Source: Giardia intestinalis | Lineage: Eukaryota | Strand: one strand, 5' to 3' | Length of the DNA stretch: 64,000 bases | Assembly: GCA_000002435.2 (NCBI GenBank) | Contig: CM018793.1 | In this document: positions 10,200 through 20,191 of the stretch, piece by piece | Position numbering within the stretch: the first letter of the stretch is position 1 | Layout: each line of letters begins with the position of its first letter | Program-made: the position numbers and the translations under genes | Notes under the pieces: model-generated | Told to the model about the DNA's origin: nothing | Database searches by the model: none | Seen by the model: the letters and a program-made list of their open reading frames with translations, nothing else

Positions 10200-13100
10200 C
10201 TAAAATCCGAAGTATTCAGCCGCAACACGTTGTATTTCACAGACACTTGCATCTGAGCCTTTCAATGACATGATTGCATCCAGAGGTGAACTGCCATTTT
10301 CTAAACAGAGTGTATGCTCTAGTGGAAGCAAAATCCTAACAAATGCAGGCTTACGTAACTCGATCGCTAAAATAAGCGCTGTCTTACCGTGCTTATCCCG
10401 AACCCCGTGCTGTATTGGTAATAGGGCCCATGCACGGGCTAGATCACCACTTACCACAGCTTGCATGAGCTCGGTGGTTCTAGAACCTGTGTTTGTGATG
10501 TCTACGTTAGTCACATCTGGGCACTCATAAGGTGCCAAGATTTCGGCGATACGTATGTGTCCTTTCTCCAGTGCGTGAACAAGTGCGGTCTTTCCACTGC
10601 TGTCTACAAGACCGGCCTCTCCATGAATTAGATATTCCACTGCAAATAGCCTATTATAGATTGCTGCAAACATGAGTGCGCTTAGGCCGTCATCAGTAAC
10701 TAAACAGAGTAGACTAAGATGCATACCTATCGCACGGGCGTCCCCATCGACTACAGCTTGCATGAGTTTTGTGAGTCCAGTGCGCTCTGTGCACTGACTT
10801 TTTAGTTGCAGTGTTCTACTAGCAGTGCGACTCTTTGCTCTGGTTATTGTTTGGCGCAGTAACGATGCATTTCTTGTCGGAGAAGGCGCCCTAGTGCTTT
10901 TGCTCGACTCATCGGATTGCGGTAGTTGCTGTGCCAACGACGGCCTTCGGGGAGGTACAGAGGGAATAATTATTGGAAGGAGCGTGTCTGTTTCCTGTCC
11001 TAACCTTGTCTGAGAGCTCTCAGAGGGCCTTGCTGATGCCATTGTTATTACTGTAGGGGTTTTAGATCTAGTTGTTGCTTTTAGCTCATTGCGGAAAAAG
11101 GTGAGCTCTTGTGTAGCTGTCTGCAGCTGGGACTTGAGTGCAGTGACTTCTAGCTCCAAGACTTTTATAAGTTTAGCTGTCTCAGTCGTGATGTTACCTT
11201 TATTGATCTTTTTAGTATAATGGTCTGCAAAGAACATAATTGCGTTATCTCTTTCAGCGATTGTTTTGGTCATGGTGTCTATTTCCATTTGCATAGCTGC
11301 ATGTTCAAGTTCGAGCTTAGCCAGTGCTTCCACATAATACTTTTGGTCTTCATTGTTGTCCTCTGTGCTGTCAGAAACATTTAGTAAGTCTCCTATTATC
11401 ATATCTGGTGGTTTTTGAACATGTGAGAAGGCCTTTTTCTTGGAGCTAACTGTCTCTGCCGAGACAGATTTAAGAAGGGCCTCTAGCTCTCGCCGGAGGT
11501 CATTAATGACTTGGTCCTTTTGTGCGAGCATCTCTTCGTGCTGTTGTCTCGTTGCTTGCTCTTCTGTAGTCTTGGTAGAACAAGGGGACTGTACGAGCTG
11601 TGGATAGAGAGTATTGGGGGACACATATAATAATGCAACAAGCCTCTCAATACAAGAATCTTTTGCGTGGAGCAAGCCTGAGTAGTCAGCAGGTTTTAGT
11701 GGAGGTTTTAAAGGCTGGAGAGTGGCAAGAGATGAGGATCTGGTAGGAGGATGAAGAGTTACTGAGAGTGGAGGATTGGGCGGATTAGGAACGGGGATCC
11801 TCCCTGTCCCACTCATTGGATTGATTTTTGAGCAGCTGGAGCTCCTCTTCAAGCTCTTATTGAGATCGTTTGTTCCGCTCTCATTAAAAAGCGTCCGTGC
11901 AAGAAGCTCAGTTTGGGCAGTGTAGCCAGAAAACTCCGCTTTGAAGGCTGTCATTTGCTGCTTTATCTCTCTGATTACATCGCACGACCGTAAGGTCTGA
12001 TCGAACAAGTCTTCAAGCCGGATATCTCGTTCGGTCCTTCTATCAGAAATGAATCCCTGCTGCTGAATGTCGACAAGAACCTTTTTATGTATTACTATTT
12101 TATCTCTTAGGGTCTTAATTTCCTGTGTGACCTCGTCAATGAGCCCTATAAGTTCAACTTCTTTTAGAATTTTTGCATCCAGTTCTTTGCATAACTTGGC
12201 TTCTCGCTTGCTCTGAGATTGTGGCTTAATGTCAACTTCAAACAGAAGCTTCTGTAGCCGGTCAATCTCCAAATCCTTTGTTCGTAAAAGGGAGCCATAG
12301 CTACAATCTTCTAACATCTCGTGTGGCACCTTACTTTGGATGACTCTTTGAGTGGAAGCTTCAGGGAGTGCCATAGTACTAATCAGATCCGTCTCCACAC
12401 AAGCATCAACCCTTCTGCTCGCAGAGTCTGGAACCAGAGATACACAGAGATCAATAAGCCGGTCGATAAACTCGTTCTTTGAAGTGAGTAAACCATCAGA
12501 AATTACTTTAGAAAAGCAGGTGTGTTCTGAATAACAAGATGTGCAGGCATCGATCATGGCAAAGCTATCCGTCATTAGGGTAGAGCGCCGCAGAGTCAAA
12601 GCTTCTAATTGGCTTTGCAGATAGCGTATCTCAGTATCCTTGCGTTCAAGGAGGGGGAGAATTGCACTAGAAGAGTGTGTAAGTCCCCCTTTTCTACCAA
12701 TCTTGCTTCCACACATGCCAGATTTAGATCGTTGATTTGTTTTCAGTAGCTCATATGGAAATGAATCCTTAGATGCCAGTTGTGATTGGACCGAAAGAAA
12801 CCCTTCAGGAATTTCATCACGGCTCCTCTCCATAAGCAAGGGATTTATCTCTTGATGATCTGGTTGCCCTTGCAGTTCAGAAGGCTTTGCGCTTACGAAC
12901 TTTGAGTCATGTGCATGCTTTTGCTTTTGTTTCTTATCTGCTTTTAGTGCCTTAGTAAGCCCTTTATCTTTAGTAGCTTTCTTTCGCGTTGGAGTTTGCT
13001 CAGGTATTTGGCTAGCTAAATTTGCATCTGGGGTTGGGGCTTTATCAACCAACTTCGCAATAGCATTGATAGTCTCATCAAATTCTGGATCAGAAGCACT

Positions 13101-13823
13101 GTCCGGTACACTCCTTTGACGCTCTACCGTTATGGTACTATAATCCAGGTCATCCAAAGCCACCCTAGGACTTTGAACACCTTGAGCGGGCAACATTAAA
13201 GACTGCATGGTGAACTCTGTGGTTAGAGCAGGCCCATCTGTGTCCTTACCAGTTCCACAAGCTTGTGGATCAACATCTCCTGTGTCAAAGTATCGCACAA
13301 CGGCATGATGGCCCTCGGTTTCCGCAAGCGTACGACTATAGATGCGCTCTTGCTTCGACGGTTTATACTGAGTTACTATTTCAACGACACATCTTAAATT
13401 TCCTGTCATAGAAGCGTAGTCAAGTGCATTCAAGTCGTGGTCGTCCGTCACTAGAGAAAAGTAATGTCGCAGTGTGACAAGGGCGTCATAGCTACCCACC
13501 TGGGCTGCAATCATATAAGCATCACGTTTGTCCGGTAAAATTATGTCTGCTTCGAGGGGAGCTAAGAGGCTACACAAATCCGCTGAGTTATTCAGCGCAG
13601 CCATGATGAGAGCTGTACAACCCTCATTATTTACCATCCCCACTTCATAGTCTATTAGGAGCCGCACAATCTCAGCATTTTTCATTTGCACAGCATATTG
13701 TAAGCCCGTTTCACCAAAATCACCACAAACACCTGCACACTCAGGTAGGAGGCGCTCTACCTCGCTTATGTCACCGCTCTGAATGGCACGAAACCACGTT
13801 CTAACCTTATTATCCCTACTCAT
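10200..13823 (-). CDS. Ankyrin-repeat / coiled-coil / ankyrin-repeat protein (Giardia 'protein 21.1' type)
   Basis: N-terminal and C-terminal blocks of TALM/AA-type ankyrin repeats (GCTALIMAALNN, GKTALVHALEKGHIRIAEILAP, GKTALILAIELRKPAF). They flank ~700 aa of heptad-rich, Ser/Lys-rich sequence. The track start 13826 is TTG; the real ATG is at 13823-13821 (MSRDNKVRTWF...). Confidence 0.8.
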   Translation of the reverse strand: MSRDNKVRTWFRAIQSGDISEVERLLPECAGVCGDFGETGLQYAVQMKNAEIVRLLIDYEVGMVNNEGCTALIMAALNNSADLCSLLAPLEADIILPDKRDAYMIAAQVGSYDALVTLRHYFSLVTDDHDLNALDYASMTGNLRCVVEIVTQYKPSKQERIYSRTLAETEGHHAVVRYFDTGDVDPQACGTGKDTDGPALTTEFTMQSLMLPAQGVQSPRVALDDLDYSTITVERQRSVPDSASDPEFDETINAIAKLVDKAPTPDANLASQIPEQTPTRKKATKDKGLTKALKADKKQKQKHAHDSKFVSAKPSELQGQPDHQEINPLLMERSRDEIPEGFLSVQSQLASKDSFPYELLKTNQRSKSGMCGSKIGRKGGLTHSSSAILPLLERKDTEIRYLQSQLEALTLRRSTLMTDSFAMIDACTSCYSEHTCFSKVISDGLLTSKNEFIDRLIDLCVSLVPDSASRRVDACVETDLISTMALPEASTQRVIQSKVPHEMLEDCSYGSLLRTKDLEIDRLQKLLFEVDIKPQSQSKREAKLCKELDAKILKEVELIGLIDEVTQEIKTLRDKIVIHKKVLVDIQQQGFISDRRTERDIRLEDLFDQTLRSCDVIREIKQQMTAFKAEFSGYTAQTELLARTLFNESGTNDLNKSLKRSSSCSKINPMSGTGRIPVPNPPNPPLSVTLHPPTRSSSLATLQPLKPPLKPADYSGLLHAKDSCIERLVALLYVSPNTLYPQLVQSPCSTKTTEEQATRQQHEEMLAQKDQVINDLRRELEALLKSVSAETVSSKKKAFSHVQKPPDMIIGDLLNVSDSTEDNNEDQKYYVEALAKLELEHAAMQMEIDTMTKTIAERDNAIMFFADHYTKKINKGNITTETAKLIKVLELEVTALKSQLQTATQELTFFRNELKATTRSKTPTVITMASARPSESSQTRLGQETDTLLPIIIPSVPPRRPSLAQQLPQSDESSKSTRAPSPTRNASLLRQTITRAKSRTASRTLQLKSQCTERTGLTKLMQAVVDGDARAIGMHLSLLCLVTDDGLSALMFAAIYNRLFAVEYLIHGEAGLVDSSGKTALVHALEKGHIRIAEILAPYECPDVTNVDITNTGSRTTELMQAVVSGDLARAWALLPIQHGVRDKHGKTALILAIELRKPAFVRILLPLEHTLCLENGSSPLDAIMSLKGSDASVCEIQRVAAEYFGF

Positions 13824-13845
13824 CAAACAAATTTATCATAAACCG

Positions 13846-13852
13846 ATTCACT
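13846..13852 (-). terminator. Putative polyadenylation signal AGTGAAT on minus strand
   Basis: Reverse complement of attcact. Lies 1 nt after the TAA stop (13854-13856) of the 1873-aa gene and 22 nt before the ATG (13823) of the downstream paralogue. Confidence 0.4.
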
Positions 13853-13853
13853 T

Positions 13854-16800
13854 TTAGACGGATCTGCTAGACAGAAGAGAGCTGAGAATATAGTGGGATG
13901 GCAGGTCCTTGGAGACGTAGAATAGTGCATCGTTCCCTTGGTTGTCCCGGATCTCTTTCTCTACTAGAAGAAGTCGCGCACAGGCTACATGCCCAGCTTC
14001 ACATGCATACATAAGAGCTGTCCTTCCTTCGGAGTCCTGTAACTTAGCTTGTAACCCAAGAAGATTGAACACTATGTATACATCTCCGTGGGCAGCAGCA
14101 GTCATTAGTTCCGTTCTGCGGTTTCCCTCAGATGAATAGACAGAGATATCTAGACCTTCCCAATTCAAGAGAAGGGTTGCAACTTTCAGATGATCGAGTT
14201 GGAGCGCTATATCTATTGCGCGTTTGCCATCTGAACGTGTCTTTCCTGCTTCAAACTCTGCCAGGTACTTAACAGCGGCAGGCACATTGTACTCAGCTGC
14301 CAGCATAAGAGCAGTCGTCCCGTTCTCCAGAGAGTATCCAATTTGCTGTAAGTTTGCGCCGATTGCCCTCATGTTGCCGGTCATGATGGCCTCCATCAAG
14401 GCAGTCGGATTTTTCAGAGGCTCGTGTGCAGATTGCTCACTGCTTCTAAGGATTGCTGTCACAATTGGAGCAACAGATGGTTTAATTAGACCAATTGAAA
14501 GCTGATCAAGAGGAGACGATGCTGCCACAGGGAATGCATCGAAGGAGTTACTCGATGGGATCTTCTCGTCGCCTGAAGATGTCCTAAGAACTGAAGCTGA
14601 TCTATATTCAGAGAGGGGATGTGACCTGGGCAGAAATACAGATGCTGGCCGTTGAGAAGATGACGCCCGAGATGCACCTGTTGCATGAACCTCGGCCATC
14701 AGCTGAGTGACCTGCCCATCTGCCTGGGCCAGCTGTTCAGTCAGACTCAGAATCTTTCCCTCAAGAAGAGAAACAGTCGGGTCGCCACTCTCTGCTGTAG
14801 GGTGCTTCTTAATATAATGGTCTGCAATTGTTGAAATAACGTTATTTTGGATTGAAATAGATAGATTAAGAATGTCAACCTCATTTGATAGCGCTACGTT
14901 TTCAATGACCAAGGAGTCTATGTCCTCAGACGGATGAGGACGTTGATCTAGAGAGTTTTTAGCTGCATCGTTGTCTAGGCTGCGATCTGCCATCAGCATA
15001 AGTAAATTCTGAAGCCTACCTATCTCAGCATCTTTAGCTAGCAATATATTTGACGCGTAGTGGAGTACAACGGGCTTTCCTGAAAGAGGGGATGGTTCAT
15101 GGAGCTGCTCGGTGGGTAAAGACTCGAACGCATCAGCACTATCACTAGGTTCTGGAGTTGCGTGTCGCGAAATTACATGCGCATCTTTAGAAGAAGAAGA
15201 AGGAGGAGGAGGGTATCTAATTGAGCTCTTAGGACGATCCGTACGTTCAAGTGCTTCCTCTCTCTCCTCTAAAAGATCAGTCGCCTTGGCAAGGGCTTCC
15301 TTTGTCTGGGCCAGCTCGGCACGAAGGTCACGTTCTAGTTCATCATATATATCATAGCACACTGGATCCGGAAGACGCGAGACCATACCATCCTGTGTTT
15401 CAGCCTCAAGGGCCTTCTGCAGCGATACTACTTGCATGGCCAATGCCTCCTCACGAGCAACATACTCCTGAACTACATTATCCAACATGTCATAGATGCC
15501 AGAAATCTTCTCAACAGTGTACTCTGCAAGCCTTTTGGAGACCTCATGAGCTGCAACTTCGTATGAGAGGAAGCCAGGAGGGTCTTGGAGAGGTTCAACC
15601 AGAAGGTCTATGGACACAGATGCATCTACCACATGCGTGGATACAGGGGCTATAGCACTAATGGTATTGGCTGTTGACTCACGCTGCACGGTGTTAGTAT
15701 TAATATTTTCTAACAGAGTTATAAGCCTCTCAATCTCGTCGTCCTTTTTGGCTAATATTTGAGAGTATTCGCGGCTAGAGGCTTGAGCTAGTAGTAGCTG
15801 TGTTGCCTGTAGTTGTGCCTCACGTTGCTCGCCAACGGTTCTTAGTTTGTCATTCTCTGACGTAAGGACTCTAAGTCTGCCTTCTACTTCCGCGATAGAG
15901 TTATCACGAGTTTCCATTGTGCTCTCAATTGTTCTGAGCTTCTCTTGCGTTTCCCGAAGAATATCCATGTCGTCACCATATGTTTGTACTTCTTTAAGTA
16001 GAGCACTGTTATCTGCTGTTAAACGTCTGATTTCGGCCTTGAGCTTATCTATTTCCAATTCTTGTTCGTTGGCAGCGAGCGTCAGTAGCCTGACCTTCTC
16101 TTTCTGGGCGGTAAGTTCATTGGTGGCGTCGGAAGCTGGCAAAGCGAGAGACAGTTGCTCCTCTCTTAGGGATCTAAGACGGAGAATCTCCTCATCCCTT
16201 TCTTGAATGGCAAGTTTCAAAGCGTCGATTTCTGCCTGTTCCGTGTTGATCAGATTGCCTTGATGAAATTGAGAGTTTTGAAGAGATGTGGACCGACACC
16301 TGCCAAACGCAGCTCGGCTTTTGGCTAAGCTGGTCGTGGAATGAACCATACTCGACGGGGTAGTTGCCCTGGACACACTTTTCTTGCTAGACCTAGTGCT
16401 TCGACTATCGGTAAGTTTAATGACTTCACTTTCTCCATCGAGATTGGGGCTGCCATTGAGAACTGCTGGTTGTTCTTGTGCTATGTTAACTGAGTATGCG
16501 CTGATAATATACTTCAAACGATCTATTTCTTCATTTTTCTCCAGTAGTTCTGCTTGCAATGATGTGATAGTAGCGTCCTTAGTTTGAAGCATATCCAAGG
16601 ACGCTTGCTGTGGAAGAGAAACTCCACCAGCACCAATCTGGACCCCTAAAATTGCGTTCAGTCTAGCTGTGGAGCTCTGCCCATCATCTGCATATGCACT
16701 GTCATGAGCATCTAGTACAACTGAGGCTGGCGGTGTAGCGATTCTGGCAACAACATCGCATAGTACTGGAGAGTCTTCTTTCATATCATTGAACACAAAA

Positions 16801-19475
16801 GCAAGGCATTCCTGATCTGCATTTTTAGTGGCGGACCTCTGCAGGCGCTCCTTGAGGTGAGTATTTTCAGCGACCAGCCGTTCATTCGTTGCCTTCAATT
16901 GCTCTAGTAGCTTTTTCATATTAGTAGCGTCATCATATAACGGGGGCGAAGTACATTTGTTCGACTCTCGCGTCAACTTTTCTAACCGATCGTTGTCTGC
17001 TTCTAGACCACGAACTCGCTCTGCCAGAAGCAGGACCTCGTTGGTTAGCCGAACATTTTCATCTGCAAGATCTTGAGGAATGCGCTTGCTTGAAGCAACA
17101 GGGGTCGCTGCTCTACTACGATCCTTTTTCTTCAATCTCCCCAGCGAGAGACTTCTCTTCGAGTTTGTCATGGTGTTGCCCATACTACCCATGCTTGCTT
17201 TTAGATCGTCTAACTCTTGGGTCTTAGTCTCCAGTTCGTCAAGCAACAATTGTATCTGTTTTGGTGACGTTTGTGAATGATCAAGATTGCCTGGATCTAA
17301 GTCAGGCATAGAGTTTATCACCTCACGGAGCCGCTCTATTTCTGCGTCTTTATCAGCAAGTAGTGAGATTAACTCACGTGTAGAGGAGATGGTATCCACA
17401 ACGTCTTCCATAGTAGAAGCACACAGGCTTTCTGACAGGCCCTTTACTCCTACCCTAGAATTGGCAAGAATCTTACAAAGCTTTGAGTCGTCATGTTGCG
17501 GCCTTTCGCTAAGCTCCTTCTTAAGCGTCTCGTTCTCCTTCAGTAGATCCTCCACCTCATGTTCTAAGGCCTTTATTTTATCGGTCAGTGAATCTATTGC
17601 AGCAGGAACAGGCATCTGCACCCTGTGTAGTTCTGTTGCATCCAAGAGCTCCTGAAGCTCGTTAATTTTGGCGGCCTGTTCCGCAATTACTTTGTTCATA
17701 AGCTCTTCCTTGTTAGTTTCGAGGGTCTTTGGGGTGATCGTGCCATCCGTTTCAACTCTAGCCAGCTGTTCTCTGAGAAGATGTATCTCTTTGTCACGCT
17801 CAGCAAGTTGGATGATTGTGTTCTTGCGGTATGCATCAAAGCTAGAAGATGACCGAGTGGTAGCATCCTTGCGCACAGATTTACCACGCCCAAAGAGCGA
17901 GGACGTGCTCAGTCTGTTTGAATTGCGACTCTTGACACTGGACTCTGCCTTCATTTCTTGATATCCTACTGTGGCCTGTAGGTCGCTAACTCCTCGAGAC
18001 TGATATTCGGAGATAAGCTCCTGAAGCATGGCGATAGTATTGTTCTTCTCGTCTATTATCTTGTCGAACTCTTCCGTAGTAACTATGGAGCAAGAGATAG
18101 GAGCGTCTTGCAAATCACCCAAATACTTCCTGTTTTGTCTACTAAATACATTTTCCGAGGGATCTGCGGTGCTTCTTTTTGGCCCGCACATCGGAGGTGT
18201 TCTCGGTCTGGACTTGTCCTTTAGCATGGCGGTGACCGACTTGGACCGACGCCGAGGCTTCTTAGCGCTCGAAGGCCGCAAAAACTCTAAATCCTCATAT
18301 ACTAAAATATCCGTGTTCTTCTGATTCTCTTCTTGAATATAGGGCTCATCAGATAGATGCTTCTGTCCGGTTTGTGCCATTTGCAACATGTGTTGGAGAT
18401 TCATGTTTTCCTGAACGGATAGTGCATACGCATCTTCCAGATGTCTGATCCTTTCCGTTAACTCGGCCATTGCTGATTCATTATCTAGACACGATAAAGC
18501 GTAATTGCCAATGGCTGGAGACGTACCAAACCCAATTGGTGATGTGGCCGTGGCAGTAGCAGCGGGCTCTGTTGTGGGCAAACAATAAGGATAGTTTGCC
18601 TGCTGGAGCTTTAGATTCTCCATCTGCAATGTTATTATCTCATTTTCTTTAATCTGCATAGAGTTGGTGAGCTCTGTGATCTTGTGCCTTAGCATGCTCA
18701 CTGTCTGTCCATGCCTGTCGTTGAAGTCGGTGACAGAGGAGGTTACTGACCCGACATACGACGTAGTCATCTGGGAAGCTGTTAGAGGGTTTTGCTGAGG
18801 AGTCCGCATGGGACTCGGAGATGACTCAGCGGCATAAACAGAGGTTTTGGTCTGAGGTTGAGTTGTGGACGGACGGTGTTTAGATGGAACAAATGCGTGT
18901 ACGTTAGATGTGCGGCGTGCATTATTTTTAAAAGAAACCAGGGCACGTTCAATCTCTAAAAATCTATTCTCTGAGGCCACGTTAATAGCATATTTGAGCT
19001 CGATGTTAGATATTCGCTGTGAGGACAGTATAATATTGACGCAGTCTAGATGACCCGAATTAACAGCATAGTCCAGGGCGTTGAGCCGCGCCTTATCCTG
19101 TCGCAACTTAAAGTTCTTCGTCATCATCAGAAGCGCCGCTGCGGCTCCAACTTGTGCTGCTAGCATGTACGAGTCTCTACCATCGTCGAGAGTGATGTCC
19201 TTCTCCAGGGGCGCCAAAACCTCACACAGGCCCGGATTGTTGGAAAGAGCAGCGACCATGAGAGCCGTGTAACCAGATGTACTAACTAGTCCAGCCTCAT
19301 ACGGGATTAGTATGTGGGCCATTTTTAAGTTCCCAGCGCGACACGCCTGAATGAGAGCAGTATCTCCATCAATGTTAACGTATCCTTTAAAGCTTTCAAC
19401 AAGAGAGCGTACGGTTTCTTGGTCTCCTTGCGCAACAGCGTGGAACCACGCTGCCTCGGAAGGTGATTGAAACAT
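13854..19475 (-). CDS. Ankyrin-repeat / long coiled-coil / ankyrin-repeat protein (protein 21.1 type), 1873 aa, tandem paralogue of 10200-13823
   Basis: The N-terminus is alignable by eye to the neighbouring gene: AAWFHAVAQGDQETVRSLVE vs RTWFRAIQSGDISEVERLLPE, DSYMLAAQVGAAAALL vs DAYMIAAQVGSYDALV, LNALDYAVNSGHLDCVNII vs LNALDYASMTGNLRCVVEIV. C-terminal ankyrin block (GTTALMLAAEYNVPAAVKYL, GRTALMYACEAGHVACARLLL, NDALFYV). More than 1200 aa of coiled coil sit between them. The ATG at 19475 was verified. Confidence 0.85.
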   Translation of the reverse strand: MFQSPSEAAWFHAVAQGDQETVRSLVESFKGYVNIDGDTALIQACRAGNLKMAHILIPYEAGLVSTSGYTALMVAALSNNPGLCEVLAPLEKDITLDDGRDSYMLAAQVGAAAALLMMTKNFKLRQDKARLNALDYAVNSGHLDCVNIILSSQRISNIELKYAINVASENRFLEIERALVSFKNNARRTSNVHAFVPSKHRPSTTQPQTKTSVYAAESSPSPMRTPQQNPLTASQMTTSYVGSVTSSVTDFNDRHGQTVSMLRHKITELTNSMQIKENEIITLQMENLKLQQANYPYCLPTTEPAATATATSPIGFGTSPAIGNYALSCLDNESAMAELTERIRHLEDAYALSVQENMNLQHMLQMAQTGQKHLSDEPYIQEENQKNTDILVYEDLEFLRPSSAKKPRRRSKSVTAMLKDKSRPRTPPMCGPKRSTADPSENVFSRQNRKYLGDLQDAPISCSIVTTEEFDKIIDEKNNTIAMLQELISEYQSRGVSDLQATVGYQEMKAESSVKSRNSNRLSTSSLFGRGKSVRKDATTRSSSSFDAYRKNTIIQLAERDKEIHLLREQLARVETDGTITPKTLETNKEELMNKVIAEQAAKINELQELLDATELHRVQMPVPAAIDSLTDKIKALEHEVEDLLKENETLKKELSERPQHDDSKLCKILANSRVGVKGLSESLCASTMEDVVDTISSTRELISLLADKDAEIERLREVINSMPDLDPGNLDHSQTSPKQIQLLLDELETKTQELDDLKASMGSMGNTMTNSKRSLSLGRLKKKDRSRAATPVASSKRIPQDLADENVRLTNEVLLLAERVRGLEADNDRLEKLTRESNKCTSPPLYDDATNMKKLLEQLKATNERLVAENTHLKERLQRSATKNADQECLAFVFNDMKEDSPVLCDVVARIATPPASVVLDAHDSAYADDGQSSTARLNAILGVQIGAGGVSLPQQASLDMLQTKDATITSLQAELLEKNEEIDRLKYIISAYSVNIAQEQPAVLNGSPNLDGESEVIKLTDSRSTRSSKKSVSRATTPSSMVHSTTSLAKSRAAFGRCRSTSLQNSQFHQGNLINTEQAEIDALKLAIQERDEEILRLRSLREEQLSLALPASDATNELTAQKEKVRLLTLAANEQELEIDKLKAEIRRLTADNSALLKEVQTYGDDMDILRETQEKLRTIESTMETRDNSIAEVEGRLRVLTSENDKLRTVGEQREAQLQATQLLLAQASSREYSQILAKKDDEIERLITLLENINTNTVQRESTANTISAIAPVSTHVVDASVSIDLLVEPLQDPPGFLSYEVAAHEVSKRLAEYTVEKISGIYDMLDNVVQEYVAREEALAMQVVSLQKALEAETQDGMVSRLPDPVCYDIYDELERDLRAELAQTKEALAKATDLLEEREEALERTDRPKSSIRYPPPPSSSSKDAHVISRHATPEPSDSADAFESLPTEQLHEPSPLSGKPVVLHYASNILLAKDAEIGRLQNLLMLMADRSLDNDAAKNSLDQRPHPSEDIDSLVIENVALSNEVDILNLSISIQNNVISTIADHYIKKHPTAESGDPTVSLLEGKILSLTEQLAQADGQVTQLMAEVHATGASRASSSQRPASVFLPRSHPLSEYRSASVLRTSSGDEKIPSSNSFDAFPVAASSPLDQLSIGLIKPSVAPIVTAILRSSEQSAHEPLKNPTALMEAIMTGNMRAIGANLQQIGYSLENGTTALMLAAEYNVPAAVKYLAEFEAGKTRSDGKRAIDIALQLDHLKVATLLLNWEGLDISVYSSEGNRRTELMTAAAHGDVYIVFNLLGLQAKLQDSEGRTALMYACEAGHVACARLLLVEKEIRDNQGNDALFYVSKDLPSHYILSSLLSSRSV

Positions 19476-19498
19476 CCCTATCTCTTTACTAAAATTTT
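19476..19498. promoter_or_regulatory. 23-bp AT-rich divergent intergenic core (ccctatctctttactaaaatttt)
   Basis: Lies between the ATG of the minus-strand 1873-aa gene (19475) and the ATG of the plus-strand ORF at 19499. Confidence 0.3.
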
Positions 19499-20191
19499 AT
19501 GGAGCTTGTGATAGAACCAGTTAAGCAGCATAGGCGCCAAACTCTGTCCACCCAGGTACGTGAGGGCAGGCAACAAGCAGAGGAGAAAGCCCGTTGTGTA
19601 GATAAGCAAACTGTCGACTGGAGCAACAAATCCTTTGCAACAATTCGATTGCCAGAGCAAAAAACCACTAAGTACGAGGATTGCTGGAGTTCGTTTTCTG
19701 ATACGTATACTGACATTGTGACGTCTGAATTCATAGAGCAAATCGAGAAACAAACTAAAGAACAAATCCGGATTAATGAACTCCCAAGGCAAAGCACTAC
19801 ACCTACAGTCGTCAACATAAATCCACCTTCACCAGAGCGGTCAACTGTCAATCAGAGAGCCTTCAAAAAATTAGCACAACCCCGAACGTATCGAAAAGGA
19901 TATCTGCCAACCAGTACAGTATTGTCTCCGACATTTGCATTTTGCAATAGAAGATACCTAGAGCACAGTCTCTCAAAGAACACAGAATCACCAAAATCAG
20001 AGAAGAAACGTGCGGAGATTATGTCCTGCAAACGATTAGCTCATTCAACGGATATAGCCATTCACTGGCATAAATATGGCGAGCATACAGAGTCAGTTCT
20101 TCATATAAACGCTTTTAGCCATTACGCAGAGCCACGTAAGGCGTCTTATGCTACAGGGACCATAGAGAAATCCGAGAAAGCTCTGGAATAG
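19499..20191 (+). CDS. Possible small hydrophilic protein, 230 aa, hypothetical
   Basis: ATG-initiated ORF filling an otherwise 675-bp gap between two minus-strand genes. An AT-rich tract sits immediately upstream. No domain seen. It overlaps the Raptor 3' end by 41 bp on the opposite strand. Could be spurious. Confidence 0.3.
   Translation: MELVIEPVKQHRRQTLSTQVREGRQQAEEKARCVDKQTVDWSNKSFATIRLPEQKTTKYEDCWSSFSDTYTDIVTSEFIEQIEKQTKEQIRINELPRQSTTPTVVNINPPSPERSTVNQRAFKKLAQPRTYRKGYLPTSTVLSPTFAFCNRRYLEHSLSKNTESPKSEKKRAEIMSCKRLAHSTDIAIHWHKYGEHTESVLHINAFSHYAEPRKASYATGTIEKSEKALE

Noticed and set aside
14224-18324. Antisense ORFs of 93-134 aa inside the 1873-aa gene (e.g. 15251-15655, 15847-16206, 17287-17655)
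   Set aside because: Ser/Leu-rich translations are the typical antisense of Glu/Leu-rich coiled-coil codons. They have no independent start context.
19478-19851. Minus-strand ORFs of 104 and 120 aa ending just upstream of the 1873-aa gene's ATG, a possible N-terminal extension or split gene
   Set aside because: Checked codon phase: the stop at 19478-19480 is not in frame with the ATG at 19473-19475. Hydrophobic low-complexity translation. They overlap the better-supported plus-strand ORF 19499-20191.
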